Assembly: GCA_009700815.1 (NCBI GenBank)
Contig: WLLG01000001.1
Location: 1 to 38,840, forward strand
DNA length: 38,840 bases
Origin: Actinomycetota bacterium
Lineage (GTDB): Bacteria > Actinomycetota > Acidimicrobiia > Acidimicrobiales > Microtrichaceae
Reading direction: 5' to 3'
In this document: positions 1 to 9,199 of the stretch, piece by piece
How positions within the stretch are numbered: position 1 is the stretch's first letter
Layout of the letters: every line of letters starts with the position of its first letter
Notes under the pieces: model-generated
The model's database searches: none
What the model saw: only the letters and a program-made list of their open reading frames with translations
Told to the model about the DNA's origin: nothing
Position numbers and translations under genes: made by a program

Positions 1-762
1 CCAATTGTCCAAGCAATCGAAGCCGGCGACTACGAACTCGACTCCTTACTGATAACAGTTTCGGGTGGCGCCTCGCTGTCTCCTGGAATCAAAGACCGAC
101 TGCTTGCCGCTGTGCCAACCATGATGGTCCTTGACGGCCTTGGGGCTTCAGAGACTGGTCAGCAGGCCAGCCAACTGAGCTTTGCGGGGCAATCCGCACA
201 AACTGGAATATTTGCTCCCGCTTCCGGGATGTGTGTGCTGTCCGAGGATTTTTCCGAGTTGTTGCTGCCCGGCCATGACGGGATTGGGTGGGTGGCTCAG
301 ACTGGCCGAGTTCCGCTGGGCTACCTCGGAGACAAGGGCAAGTCTGCGCTGACTTTTCCCCTTCTGAACGGGGTGACCTACTCAATTCCCGGGGACCGCG
401 GGCGTCTGCGGCAGGATGGTCGAATTGAGTTGTTCGGTCGCGACTCGGCCACGATCAACTCCGGCGGCGAGAAAATCTTTGCCGAAGAGGTTGAGCAGGC
501 ATTGCTCAGGCATCCTTCCGTGGCCGACTGTGTAGTTGCTGGTCGGCCTTCGTTGCGCTGGGGGAACGAGGTAATCGCCATCGTGCAACTCGGCGAGGGG
601 ATTGGCGCAAGCGATGCAGACCTTCTGGAAGAGGCCGCTCGACACGTCGCTCGCTACAAACTTCCAAAGGCCATCCTGCGTGTCGATCAGGTGCATCGCT
701 CCCCGTCCGGCAAAGCCGATTATCGCTGGGCAGCCGAGGTTGCACAGGCCGCACAGTCCTAG
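1..762 (+). CDS. Acyl-CoA synthetase (AMP-binding, FadD19-like), 5' truncated by window edge
   Basis: Frame is open from base 1 (PIVQAIEAGDYELDSL...). It carries ANL-family motifs GASETG, GDRG...GRDSATINSGGEKIFAEEVE and the C-terminal RSPSGKADYRWA seen in FadD19-like ligases. Confidence 0.85.
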   Translation, partial: PIVQAIEAGDYELDSLLITVSGGASLSPGIKDRLLAAVPTMMVLDGLGASETGQQASQLSFAGQSAQTGIFAPASGMCVLSEDFSELLLPGHDGIGWVAQTGRVPLGYLGDKGKSALTFPLLNGVTYSIPGDRGRLRQDGRIELFGRDSATINSGGEKIFAEEVEQALLRHPSVADCVVAGRPSLRWGNEVIAIVQLGEGIGASDADLLEEAARHVARYKLPKAILRVDQVHRSPSGKADYRWAAEVAQAAQS

Positions 763-870
763 CTCGCACAGAGTCGATATCTATGCAGAGTCGATATCTA
801 TGCAGAGTCGATATCCATACAGACTCCGGACTCGCGCACAGTCCATGTCCATGCAGAGTCCTAGTCTGTA
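752..870. repeat. 17-bp tandem repeat, 7 units (3 near-perfect CAGAGTCGATATCTATG at 769-819, degenerate flanks)
   Basis: Units at 752, 769, 786, 803, 820, 837 and 854 begin CACAGTC, CAGAGTC or CAGACTC in exact 17-bp register. Confidence 0.9.
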
Positions 871-875
871 GACCA

Positions 876-1610
876 ATGACCGCTCCCACCGACCCCCGCT
901 CCCTGATTCCTCGAGCCGATCAGCCTCTGCCAACTGGCGATGAGAAGACGCGCTCGGTGCAAGCAATGTTTGATGTCATCGCACCGCGATACGACCTTGT
1001 CAATCGAATCATGACCTTTCGCATGGACGTCGGCTGGCGTCGCCGCACAGTGTCATCGTTAGGCCTACCCCCTGGGTCAATCGTGGTCGACTTGGCATGT
1101 GGAACCGGAGATCTGTCTCGGGATATTGCTGCTCGAGGATTGCTACCAATTGGGGTGGACCTGAGCTTTGGAATGCTTGCAGCGGCGCCCGTACCGTTTG
1201 CTCGTGTTCAGGGAGATGGCTCGAAGCTACCGTTCCCTGATTCATCGGTGGACGGCGTGACCTGTGGTTTTGCGCTCAGAAATTTTAGTGATCTGGACGC
1301 AACTTTTGCTGAACTTGCTCGAATCGTCAGGCCTGGGGGGCGAATCGCTCTGCTTGATGTCTCCACTCCGCCCAACCCACTGTTGAAATTCGGCCACGGA
1401 ATTTACTTCGGTCAGGTGGTTCCACGAATTGGAGCGGCACTGTCTGATGGCGCTGCCTACCGTTACTTGCCAAGATCCGTGGCTTATCTTCCCGAACCAG
1501 CAGCGATGCTGGCCTCGCTTCAGGATCAAGGATTCACCAACCTTCGTCGGCGGCTGCTGACCTCGGGAATCTCTCAACTCATTACAGCAACCTGCGGACT
1601 ACCCGAGTAA
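876..1610 (+). CDS. menG: Demethylmenaquinone methyltransferase (UbiE/MenG)
   Basis: VQAMFDVIAPRYDLVNRIMTF, SAM motif VDLACGTGD, FALRN, AYRYLPRS. Start moved from 783 to ATG 876 because the extension is translated repeat. Confidence 0.92.
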   Translation: MTAPTDPRSLIPRADQPLPTGDEKTRSVQAMFDVIAPRYDLVNRIMTFRMDVGWRRRTVSSLGLPPGSIVVDLACGTGDLSRDIAARGLLPIGVDLSFGMLAAAPVPFARVQGDGSKLPFPDSSVDGVTCGFALRNFSDLDATFAELARIVRPGGRIALLDVSTPPNPLLKFGHGIYFGQVVPRIGAALSDGAAYRYLPRSVAYLPEPAAMLASLQDQGFTNLRRRLLTSGISQLITATCGLPE

Positions 1611-2848
1611 TGGAACAACTTCTGGCAGTCACTCGCTTGGCTGACCATGAACCCGGCCAGGACGACTCAGTAGAGAACATTGTTGCCTTCAGTTCTCCGA
1701 GGAGGTCCGTCTGGGGTACCGGCACTGCTGCTCTGATTCACTTACCGGCTCCTTGGCCAGAGAACGTCCATCTGGTAGCAGAAGCGTTATCGCAGATTCA
1801 GATTGAGGATGAGGTCGGTACACCCGGCTCGGGACCGGTTGCCTTTGGCGCGCTCCCCTTTGATCGATCCGCCGCTGCGAACCTTGTGATTCCACGGATT
1901 ATCCATGGCCACGCTGCCGAAGGGGCCCGCTGGCGCACTGAGATTGCCCCGACAGGGGGCACAGGCAGCAGTGCAGTCACTCCCGAAGGCAGCGGTGAAG
2001 CCCTTCCTGCTGTGGAGTCTGCAACCCCATCCACTGTTGACCTACGCAGCGTTCGTTCTGCTCGGGACTGGTGCGCCGCAGTTGAAGCGGCGACCACACG
2101 CATCAAGGCTGGCGAGTTGACCAAGGTCGTGCTCGCTCGGGAACTGCTCGTGCAGACAGACACTCCCATCTCTGCAACGCAGCTCTACCGGAGACTCCTC
2201 CAGCTGTACCCGGCTGCGCTGTGCTTTGTCATTGATGGATTTGTCGGAGCTAGCCCGGAGCTTTTGGTTTCACGAGTCGGCGAGATTGTTCGTGCTCATC
2301 CCATGGCCGGAACAACCCCTCGCACAGGCGATGTCGATCTGGATCAGCGCAGGGCTAACGAACTGCTGAGTTCTCAGAAGAACCGGAAGGAACATCAGAT
2401 CACCATAGATATGGTGCATGAGACCCTGTTGCCCTGGTGTTCGTACTTGGATGCCGAACCCGTTCCTTCGGTAGTGGCCGCCGGGCCGGTGCAACACCTA
2501 GCTAGCAGTGTCGAAGGGCGATTGTCTCGCCCGACACCAAACGTGCTGGACCTTGTTGCAGCGCTCCATCCAACTCCTGCCGTTGGCGGATGGCCACGCG
2601 AGCCTGCCCTCAAGCTGATTGACGAACTCGAACAAGCCGACCGCGGACCCTATGCTGGTCCCGTCGGCTGGACTGATGCTCAGGGGAATGGCGCATTTGC
2701 AGTTGGTATACGTGCAGTTGAATTGAGCGACTGCTCGGCTCGGCTCTTTGCCGGCGTAGGAGTAGTTGCCGACTCTGACCCAGAGTCAGAACTAGAAGAG
2801 ACTCGAGCCAAGGCGCAGGCGTTACTTGGTGCAATCGTTCGAGTGTGA
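1610..2848 (+). CDS. menF: Isochorismate synthase
   Basis: Chorismate-binding motifs KVVLAR, GASPELL, MAGT, KNRKEH, LHPTPAVGG, YAGPVGW, FAGVGVVADS..E..ET..K. TAATG overlap with menG. Confidence 0.9.
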   Translation: MEQLLAVTRLADHEPGQDDSVENIVAFSSPRRSVWGTGTAALIHLPAPWPENVHLVAEALSQIQIEDEVGTPGSGPVAFGALPFDRSAAANLVIPRIIHGHAAEGARWRTEIAPTGGTGSSAVTPEGSGEALPAVESATPSTVDLRSVRSARDWCAAVEAATTRIKAGELTKVVLARELLVQTDTPISATQLYRRLLQLYPAALCFVIDGFVGASPELLVSRVGEIVRAHPMAGTTPRTGDVDLDQRRANELLSSQKNRKEHQITIDMVHETLLPWCSYLDAEPVPSVVAAGPVQHLASSVEGRLSRPTPNVLDLVAALHPTPAVGGWPREPALKLIDELEQADRGPYAGPVGWTDAQGNGAFAVGIRAVELSDCSARLFAGVGVVADSDPESELEETRAKAQALLGAIVRV

Positions 2849-2856
2849 GGACTAGT

Positions 2857-2920
2857 TCTGCGGGGCTCTGAGTCTGCGGGGCTCTGAGTCTGCTGGGCTC
2901 TGAGTCTGCGGGGCTCTGAG
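2857..2920. repeat. 16-bp tandem repeat x4 (TCTGCGGGGCTCTGAG)
   Basis: Four copies, one with a single substitution, between two convergent genes. Confidence 0.95.
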
Positions 2921-2932
2921 CAGCTGCCAGCA

Positions 2933-3919
2933 CTACTCAGAGGTAGCCTCTGGTGGCTGTTGGGTGGATCGAGGCCCCGAAGCGGGCGTTGTCACTGGCT
3001 CTGCAGTCTGCTCCGCCCAGATTTCTCGCACGCGGTTGAGTACCTCTGTCGCATCTGAGAAGCCCGCAAAGTGGCCTGCGCCAGAGCGAACGTGAAGCTC
3101 TCCATGTGCGACGCGTGCAGCCTGATGGTGGCCGTGACTCGGTGGCACAATTACATCAGCGAGACCGTGCCACACCACGACTGGCACCGTCACCTCGTCG
3201 AGTTGAAAACCCCAATGGCGGGCAAAGAGCGCTAGATCGTGCGCTGTCGCGCGCAAGTCTCCGGCAGTAATGAGGTCGTGCAAGAACATGGCTTTGAACT
3301 GGGGGTTTCCCAGAATGGGACGATCAGCAAACCCTAGGAATCGGGCATACAGGCCAAAGACTGGGTCAGCGATCGGAGTCGCGACAGAGACCACCCGATT
3401 GAGCAGGCTACCCACGGGGGTACGCAGAACTTCCAGACTCGGGGCCATGAAGCGCATCAAACGGGTGTACGAGAAGACCGCATCAGGCCCGCGAACAGGG
3501 CCCATGCCGCCCAGAAGCGTGGCCATGACTACTCGGTCGGGCATGTGTTTGGCTACGGCGAGCGTGTAGGGCCCGCCACCTGACAGCCCAACAACGGCAA
3601 ACCGCTCGACTCCGAGTTCATTGGCTAGCGCCTCTAGATCAGGTGCAAAGTCAATAATTCGGTCGTACCGGTGATTGCTCGAATTTCCTGTGCCGGGTCG
3701 CTCAACTGCGATCACCCGAAAGCCGCGTTGCAGCGCTACCTCATCGATTCTTGGCGGTACCTGAAACCGTGCGCCTGGGGTTCCATGAAACCAGAACACG
3801 ACATCGCCATCTGGATGACCAAACTCTGCCCAACCAAGCTCTCTGCCGGGTGCGACGAGTGAGGTTCCCACCAACCGCGCTACTGGCGGGCCGACCTCAG
3901 GTGAGATTTCTTCTTGCAT
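2933..3919 (-). CDS. Alpha/beta-hydrolase fold protein
   Basis: FHGTPG, nucleophile elbow GLSGGG, WHGLADVIVP (Asp), GAGHF (His). Confidence 0.88.
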   Translation of the reverse strand: MQEEISPEVGPPVARLVGTSLVAPGRELGWAEFGHPDGDVVFWFHGTPGARFQVPPRIDEVALQRGFRVIAVERPGTGNSSNHRYDRIIDFAPDLEALANELGVERFAVVGLSGGGPYTLAVAKHMPDRVVMATLLGGMGPVRGPDAVFSYTRLMRFMAPSLEVLRTPVGSLLNRVVSVATPIADPVFGLYARFLGFADRPILGNPQFKAMFLHDLITAGDLRATAHDLALFARHWGFQLDEVTVPVVVWHGLADVIVPPSHGHHQAARVAHGELHVRSGAGHFAGFSDATEVLNRVREIWAEQTAEPVTTPASGPRSTQQPPEATSE

Positions 3920-3949
3920 ACTGCCCCTTCAGAACACTGATACTTCAGG

Positions 3950-5764
3950 TTACTGCTGCAGGCCTTGAATCGCTTGGCTAACGGCCAGATTCAACTGCTG
4001 ATGCACTGTCAGATTCTGCTCGCGATCTGTACCAACGATGATGATTCTGGGACCGCCACGAGTGAGCGCCCCGGCCACGGCAGCTTGGACTCCAGTGCGA
4101 GTTGTGACTCGCTCAGCTGGGATGTGATGCGCTTCGGCAATCTTGACTAGGTCTACTCCGTGAGGTGTTCCATAGAGCTGCTCAAAGCGTTGCGTCTCGA
4201 GCAACTCATGGGCCGGCAGAAAAGAAAATATGCCGCCACCGTCGTTATCAATCACCAGGATCACCAGATTCACCTGCCGCTGCATCAAGCCAATCAAGCC
4301 ATTGGTGTCATGGAGGAACGCAATATCGCCGATGAGTAGCGCTGTGGGCGCACCCGTCAGTGCTGCACCCACTGCAGTAGATGTCACCCCGTCTATTCCG
4401 TTTGCGCCTCGGTTGCAGAGAACCCGCAAACCCGAACGGGGTGGCGAATACCACTCGGCATCGCGCACGGGCATTGAGGATGAGACCACCAGTATCCCAT
4501 CGGCGTCCAGCAGAGTGAATAGGTCCACCGCCACGCCCGGCTCACTGGCCACAAGCTGCTGAGCGAGCACTGCGTTCATTGCATGCACAGCGAGCCGCTC
4601 GGCTGTGATCCACCCGGAACGCCAGGACGCAGGGGCTTGATGGTCCACTACTGATCGAAGCTGATTGCAGAAGGTTTCAATGTCGACCGGGAGCTTCTGA
4701 TTGAGAACGGCATCGGGGTCGGGGACAGAACCAAACGGATCCATACCGATTTTCAAAGCCGGTGCACTTGTCACCCAAGCGTTGAGCGCCTTAGAACTCA
4801 ACAAGCCTCCTAGCCGCAGGATGACTTCGGGCTGCTGGCTCGCGGCAAACTCGTCGGATCTCAGCAGAGCATCAAAGGCCGTAATCGTCCCCTCCTGCTC
4901 AATCCGACATCCCGAAGCGGGGTCGGCAATGACGATCCATCCAAGGTGTTGTGCAAGTGCATGAATTGCTGCAACCTCACTCGGGGTTCGCGCAGCGCGC
5001 ACGCCTGCGATGATGACTCCTGTGCGGCCGCTGATGGCAACTCCGAGTCGGGCTAGTTCCTCGTCAGGAACTCCCCACTGTGCACCAGTAGTCGGAGTGG
5101 ATCCATCGGGTGGACCGGGGAGATGCTCGCGCTGAGCTGGCAACTCCCCCGCTACTCCTATCAAAGGTTCCCGGAATGCAAGGTTTACGTGAACTGGGCC
5201 GGGGTGCTCCCCGAGGGTTCGCAGCCAGCTATCACGAGCCAAGTCGCGCCACCAGGGTGCCCCGGCGAGAGCTGGAACTCCCGGTTCGCAATACCATCTG
5301 ACTGCTGAACCATACAGATCTCGCTGGTCAATCGTCTGCGGTGCACCAACCCCGTGTAGCTCGGGTGGTCGATCCGCAGTCAGCACAAGCAACGGGACAA
5401 ATGCCTGATGGGCCTCGATGACAGCAGCATGAAACTGCGCCGCTGCAGTTCCGCTCGTGCAGAGCAACATCGCAGCGCGACCAGTAGCCAGACCCAAACC
5501 CAGCGCCATGAACGAAGCCGATCGCTCGTCATGATGTACATGAACGCGAACGCGTACATCCTGCGCTGCGGCTAGTGCCATGGGAGTTGAGCGAGACCCA
5601 GGGCAGATCACTGCATCAGTGAGACCCAGCCTGACCCATTCGTCGATCAGTGTTGCGCAATAGGTCGCTGCCACATCGGCCCCTGACACAGGAGAATCGG
5701 GTGCAGAAGTATCAGGCACAGAAGTATCAGGCTGAGGGCCACCGAGAGGTTGTTGCTGTGCCAT
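3950..5764 (-). CDS. menD: SEPHCHC synthase (ThDP-dependent)
   Basis: CPGSRSTPMA, HDERSASF, CTSGTAAA, TADRPPEL, NRGANGIDG, GDIAFLHD, DNDGGGIF. ATG 5764 preferred over GTG 5776, which overlaps a candidate -10. Confidence 0.95.
   Translation of the reverse strand: MAQQQPLGGPQPDTSVPDTSAPDSPVSGADVAATYCATLIDEWVRLGLTDAVICPGSRSTPMALAAAQDVRVRVHVHHDERSASFMALGLGLATGRAAMLLCTSGTAAAQFHAAVIEAHQAFVPLLVLTADRPPELHGVGAPQTIDQRDLYGSAVRWYCEPGVPALAGAPWWRDLARDSWLRTLGEHPGPVHVNLAFREPLIGVAGELPAQREHLPGPPDGSTPTTGAQWGVPDEELARLGVAISGRTGVIIAGVRAARTPSEVAAIHALAQHLGWIVIADPASGCRIEQEGTITAFDALLRSDEFAASQQPEVILRLGGLLSSKALNAWVTSAPALKIGMDPFGSVPDPDAVLNQKLPVDIETFCNQLRSVVDHQAPASWRSGWITAERLAVHAMNAVLAQQLVASEPGVAVDLFTLLDADGILVVSSSMPVRDAEWYSPPRSGLRVLCNRGANGIDGVTSTAVGAALTGAPTALLIGDIAFLHDTNGLIGLMQRQVNLVILVIDNDGGGIFSFLPAHELLETQRFEQLYGTPHGVDLVKIAEAHHIPAERVTTRTGVQAAVAGALTRGGPRIIIVGTDREQNLTVHQQLNLAVSQAIQGLQQ
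5689..5733. repeat. 15-bp in-frame tandem repeat x3 in the menD 5' end (PDTSV-PDTSA-PDSPV)
   Basis: CAGAAGTATCAGGC at 5704 and 5719 plus a degenerate copy at 5689. Confidence 0.75.
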
Positions 5765-5774
5765 AACTTGTTCC

Positions 5775-5784
5775 ACCCTACGGT
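5775..5784. promoter_or_regulatory. Overlapping divergent -10 hexamers (TAGGGT minus, TACGGT plus) for menD and menH
   Basis: ACCCTACGGT gives TANNNT on both strands sharing TA 5779-5780; 10 nt to menD ATG and 8 nt to menH ATG. Confidence 0.55.
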
Positions 5785-5792
5785 GTATCGCA

Positions 5793-6569
5793 ATGAGTTC
5801 GGAACTGAGCCTTGACGCAACTACAACATCGCTTGCTGCTCGATCCCTAGGGAGCAGCCCCTACGCACGCGTGTTTGTGCATGGTTTCGCCCAGACAGCT
5901 CGTTGCATGGGTCCCTTTGGGGACATGCTCGCAGAGTCCGACGGCTTGCTCGCAGTTGATGCACCTGGCCACGGCCGCTCGGTTGAGCACAGCGAAGCAA
6001 GCATCGCCCAGGGTGCCGAATTGTTATGCGCTACTGCGGGAAGGACTCAGTACATCGGCTATTCCATGGGCGGTCGCATCAGCTTGCAAGCAGCCATCAC
6101 TCACCCTGAACTTGTCAGCTCGCTGGTTCTGATTGGTGCAACTGCGGGCATAGAAGATCAGCAGGAACTTGCTCAGCGACGGGAGTGGGATCATCAGCAG
6201 GCGGAACTGCTTGAGCAGGTTGGCCTTGATGCATTCCTGCAATCCTGGCTCGATCAATCCCTTTTTGTTGGCCTGCCTGAAGGTGCACGCTTCGAGACTG
6301 AACGTAAGACAAATACTGTTGAGGGCCTAGCGGCAAGCCTTCGCTCAGCAGGTACCTCCTCGATGACCCCACTGTGGGATCGACTGCACCTCATCCAATG
6401 CCCTGTGCTTGTTCTCACCGGCGAACGAGACACTCGTTACTGCGAAGTTGCCGAACGTCTGGTTGCAGGAATTGGCAGCGCCGCCACTCATAAGATCATC
6501 GCTGGGGCGGGCCACGCTGCACACCTTGAGCAGCCCGAAGCGACTGCAGCAGCAGTGCTGAAGTTTTAG
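5793..6569 (+). CDS. menH: SHCHC synthase (alpha/beta hydrolase)
   Basis: VHGF, DAPGHG, GYSMGGR, ERKTNTVEGLAASLRSAGT, GERD, GHAAHLEQP; divergent from menD. Confidence 0.85.
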   Translation: MSSELSLDATTTSLAARSLGSSPYARVFVHGFAQTARCMGPFGDMLAESDGLLAVDAPGHGRSVEHSEASIAQGAELLCATAGRTQYIGYSMGGRISLQAAITHPELVSSLVLIGATAGIEDQQELAQRREWDHQQAELLEQVGLDAFLQSWLDQSLFVGLPEGARFETERKTNTVEGLAASLRSAGTSSMTPLWDRLHLIQCPVLVLTGERDTRYCEVAERLVAGIGSAATHKIIAGAGHAAHLEQPEATAAAVLKF

Positions 6570-7522
6570 GATCCGACTGAAGCGCCAATCCAGAGTCCAA
6601 CAGACAACAACAACGCATAGACAATCTGCACTTGTCCGGTTCGTACCAACACGGGAATCAGCGCCGGTCCGCCAGCGCCAGACAGCACCTGCGTAATGGG
6701 CTGACGGGCCGGCACGATGGCTAGTAGCGCCAAAACTGCAACGGGCCTGCCGCTCAGTCCTGCTAGGAGCGGAACCATGACTACGGGAATCACGATCAGT
6801 AGCACGTAGAGAATTCTTGTCTTCTGGTCTCCGAGTCGCACGGCCAACGTCGTCTTCCCCGCCACTGTGTCGCCAGGAATGTCTCGCAGGTTGTTCACCA
6901 CCAAGAGCGCTGTTGCCAAGCACCCCATAGCTACTCCTGCGCCAAGGCTCAGCCAAGACAATGATTCAGTTTGAACAAAGGTTGATCCCATGGTGGCGAC
7001 CAAACCAAAGAACACAAAGACAAAGAGCTCGCCGAACCCGGCATAGCCATACGGGCGATTCCCTCCGGTATAAAACCATCCTGCAGCAATTGCGGCGAGC
7101 CCCACAAAGATCAGCTTCCAGTCAACAAAGATCACCAGCGGCAAACCACAGATTGCCGTCAGCGCAAAGCAGATCAACATTGCACGCTTTACCTCAGACG
7201 GTGTGGCCAAACCGGAACCCACTAACCGTGGCGGTCCGGTTCGTGCAGATGGGTCATCAGTCCCACGCTTGCCGTCGCTGTAATCATTCGCATAGTTCGT
7301 GGCGATTTGGACAAATACGGCAACCCCAAGCGCACAGGCCACGATCCAGACTTGGATCCCTTTCAGAACTCCGGCCGATGCTCCTGCTGCTACTGCAGTA
7401 CCAACAATGACCGGAGCGATAGCAGCCGGCAGGGTTCGCGGGCGGGCGCCCAGAATCCACTTCTTCCAGTCTGTGGGAAGCGGCGGCTGATCTTGTCTTT
7501 GGTTGGCGACAGGGCTGTTCAT
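6566..7522 (-). CDS. menA: 1,4-dihydroxy-2-naphthoate prenyltransferase
   Basis: ARPRTLPAA, NYANDYSDGKRGTD, YGYAGFGE, VNNLRDIPGD..AGK.TLAVRLG; multiple hydrophobic helices. Confidence 0.95.
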   Translation of the reverse strand: MNSPVANQRQDQPPLPTDWKKWILGARPRTLPAAIAPVIVGTAVAAGASAGVLKGIQVWIVACALGVAVFVQIATNYANDYSDGKRGTDDPSARTGPPRLVGSGLATPSEVKRAMLICFALTAICGLPLVIFVDWKLIFVGLAAIAAGWFYTGGNRPYGYAGFGELFVFVFFGLVATMGSTFVQTESLSWLSLGAGVAMGCLATALLVVNNLRDIPGDTVAGKTTLAVRLGDQKTRILYVLLIVIPVVMVPLLAGLSGRPVAVLALLAIVPARQPITQVLSGAGGPALIPVLVRTGQVQIVYALLLSVGLWIGASVGS

Positions 7523-7534
7523 CTTTGGAAGATG

Positions 7535-8014
7535 TTAGAACTCCTGCTCATCGAGCAGGGCACATGCCTGAGGGTGAGCCCGCAGGGAATCGAGCACAAC
7601 CTCGGCTTCTTCACCGAAGAAACGAGTTGCGGCCCCCAGTCGATTATGGCGTCGCAGCCCTCGAACTCGCACCTCAACAATCTGAAGTCCGCCTCGGCGA
7701 ACTAATTGCAAACGTTCAATTCGCTCCCATTCCAAGTGGTAGCTCATAGTCAGGTTTCGACAATGCAAGCCGTCCTCGTCGAGAGCTGCACGTTGGGTAA
7801 CACACCGCCATGCCAGCACGGCCACAGCGACCAGAGTCAGAACTGCCATGAGGAGCGGAGGCACTGGGTCTGAAGGAGTTGACTCAAGGCCTGAGTCGGA
7901 GCTGCGAAACCAGATCAGCCCAATCGCTGCGATCGGCAACAGGACTGCCAACACCCAAGCAGGTGGCCCAGCGGACAACGTTACAACTGCCCCCTGATTC
8001 GGCCTGTTCTGCAC
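7535..8014 (-). CDS. Membrane protein with two TM helices and a probable bacterial PH domain
   Basis: Two hydrophobic segments, then LDEDGLHCRNL...EWERI resembling bPH domains; 12 bp upstream of menA on the same strand. Confidence 0.6.
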   Translation of the reverse strand: MQNRPNQGAVVTLSAGPPAWVLAVLLPIAAIGLIWFRSSDSGLESTPSDPVPPLLMAVLTLVAVAVLAWRCVTQRAALDEDGLHCRNLTMSYHLEWERIERLQLVRRGGLQIVEVRVRGLRRHNRLGAATRFFGEEAEVVLDSLRAHPQACALLDEQEF

Positions 8015-8044
8015 TCGGCAACTCTAGGTGGCACGCTTAGGACA

Positions 8045-9184
8045 GTGCGAGAACTCATTGCCCTTGACCTTCCAGCAGGCCCAGCATTCCTTCAGGCGCT
8101 CATCAGCGTCTGGGAAGACGGTGATGCTGCGTTGCCGCTTGACCCCAAAGCACCCCCAGCTCACAACACAGCAATACTTGGCGCTATGCGACCTGCAGCA
8201 GTCGTTGACGCTCATGGCGAGCGCCACAAACTGCCGGGATCGCTTCCCGTAGAGGATGGCGATGCGCTTGTGGTGCTCACCTCTGGCACGACAGGCGAAC
8301 CGAAGGGTGCGGTGCATACGCATCAAGGCATCGAGTACGCCGCGTTTTGTAGCTCAACTGCTGCAGGCGTCATCGCCAATTCCTGCTGGCTGGCTTGTCT
8401 CCCTCTCTCGCATGTGGGTGGACTATCGGTGGTGACCAGAGCTGTTCTGACCGGCACTGAATTGCAGATGCTTGAGCGAGCGGACCCCCAGGGGATAGCA
8501 GAGGCACAACGCCAGGGAGCAACCCATGTTTCGTTGGTGCCCACTCTCCTAGGGCGCATTGACCCAGAGCCTTTCCACAGCATCTTGTTGGGGGGCGCGG
8601 CAATCCCCATTGAACGACCCAGCAATACCATTGCCACCTACGGAATGACTGAATCGTTTGGAGGTGTCGTCTACGACGGCCTTGCTCTGAACGGAGTCGA
8701 GATGCGAACCACACCAGATGGATTGATAGAACTCCGCTCCCCCACGATGTTGCGTTCTTACCGCGATGGCAGCAATCCACTCGATGCGCAGGGCTGGCTT
8801 CGCACGGGAGATCTTGGGCTGATCGATTCCGCAACCGGAATGCTGACAGTACTGGGCCGAGTCGATGAGCTGATCGTGACAGGCGGGGAAAAAGTCTGGC
8901 CACACACTGTGGAAGCGGTACTGCTTCGACATAACGCTGTGAGCGAGGTAGCCGTGATTGGCATAGCCGACCCCGAGTGGGGCCAACGTGTCGTGGCCCT
9001 AGTAGTTCCAATGCCAGGTCAGCTTCCTCTGAGCCTGCAAGCTGCACGAGAACTCGTGCGCAATCAGTTACCCGTAGCCTCGGCTCCAAAAGAAATTCGC
9101 CTTGTCGATTCGCTGCCGCGGACATCCGTTGGCAAGATTCGTAGAATGACACTGGCGGAACAACACTCTTCGGGAGAGCGTTAG
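8045..9184 (+). CDS. menE: O-succinylbenzoate-CoA ligase (short actinobacterial type)
   Basis: TSGTTGEPKG, WLACLPLSHVGG, TYGMTES, RTGDLG, GRVDELIVTGGEKV, PRTSVGK; men cluster context. Confidence 0.85.
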   Translation: MRELIALDLPAGPAFLQALISVWEDGDAALPLDPKAPPAHNTAILGAMRPAAVVDAHGERHKLPGSLPVEDGDALVVLTSGTTGEPKGAVHTHQGIEYAAFCSSTAAGVIANSCWLACLPLSHVGGLSVVTRAVLTGTELQMLERADPQGIAEAQRQGATHVSLVPTLLGRIDPEPFHSILLGGAAIPIERPSNTIATYGMTESFGGVVYDGLALNGVEMRTTPDGLIELRSPTMLRSYRDGSNPLDAQGWLRTGDLGLIDSATGMLTVLGRVDELIVTGGEKVWPHTVEAVLLRHNAVSEVAVIGIADPEWGQRVVALVVPMPGQLPLSLQAARELVRNQLPVASAPKEIRLVDSLPRTSVGKIRRMTLAEQHSSGER

Positions 9185-9199
9185 ACGTATGGATGATCA

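Noticed and set aside
783-875. N-terminal extension of the MenG ORF
   Set aside because: It is translated repeat DNA; ATG 876 has a candidate -10 and gives a normal length.
752-2920. 17-bp and 16-bp arrays as mini-CRISPRs or iterons
   Set aside because: Units are head-to-tail with no unique spacers, are too short for CRISPR repeats, and no cas or rep gene is nearby.
8370-9152. 260-aa antisense ORF
   Set aside because: Shadow of menE with no recognisable motifs.
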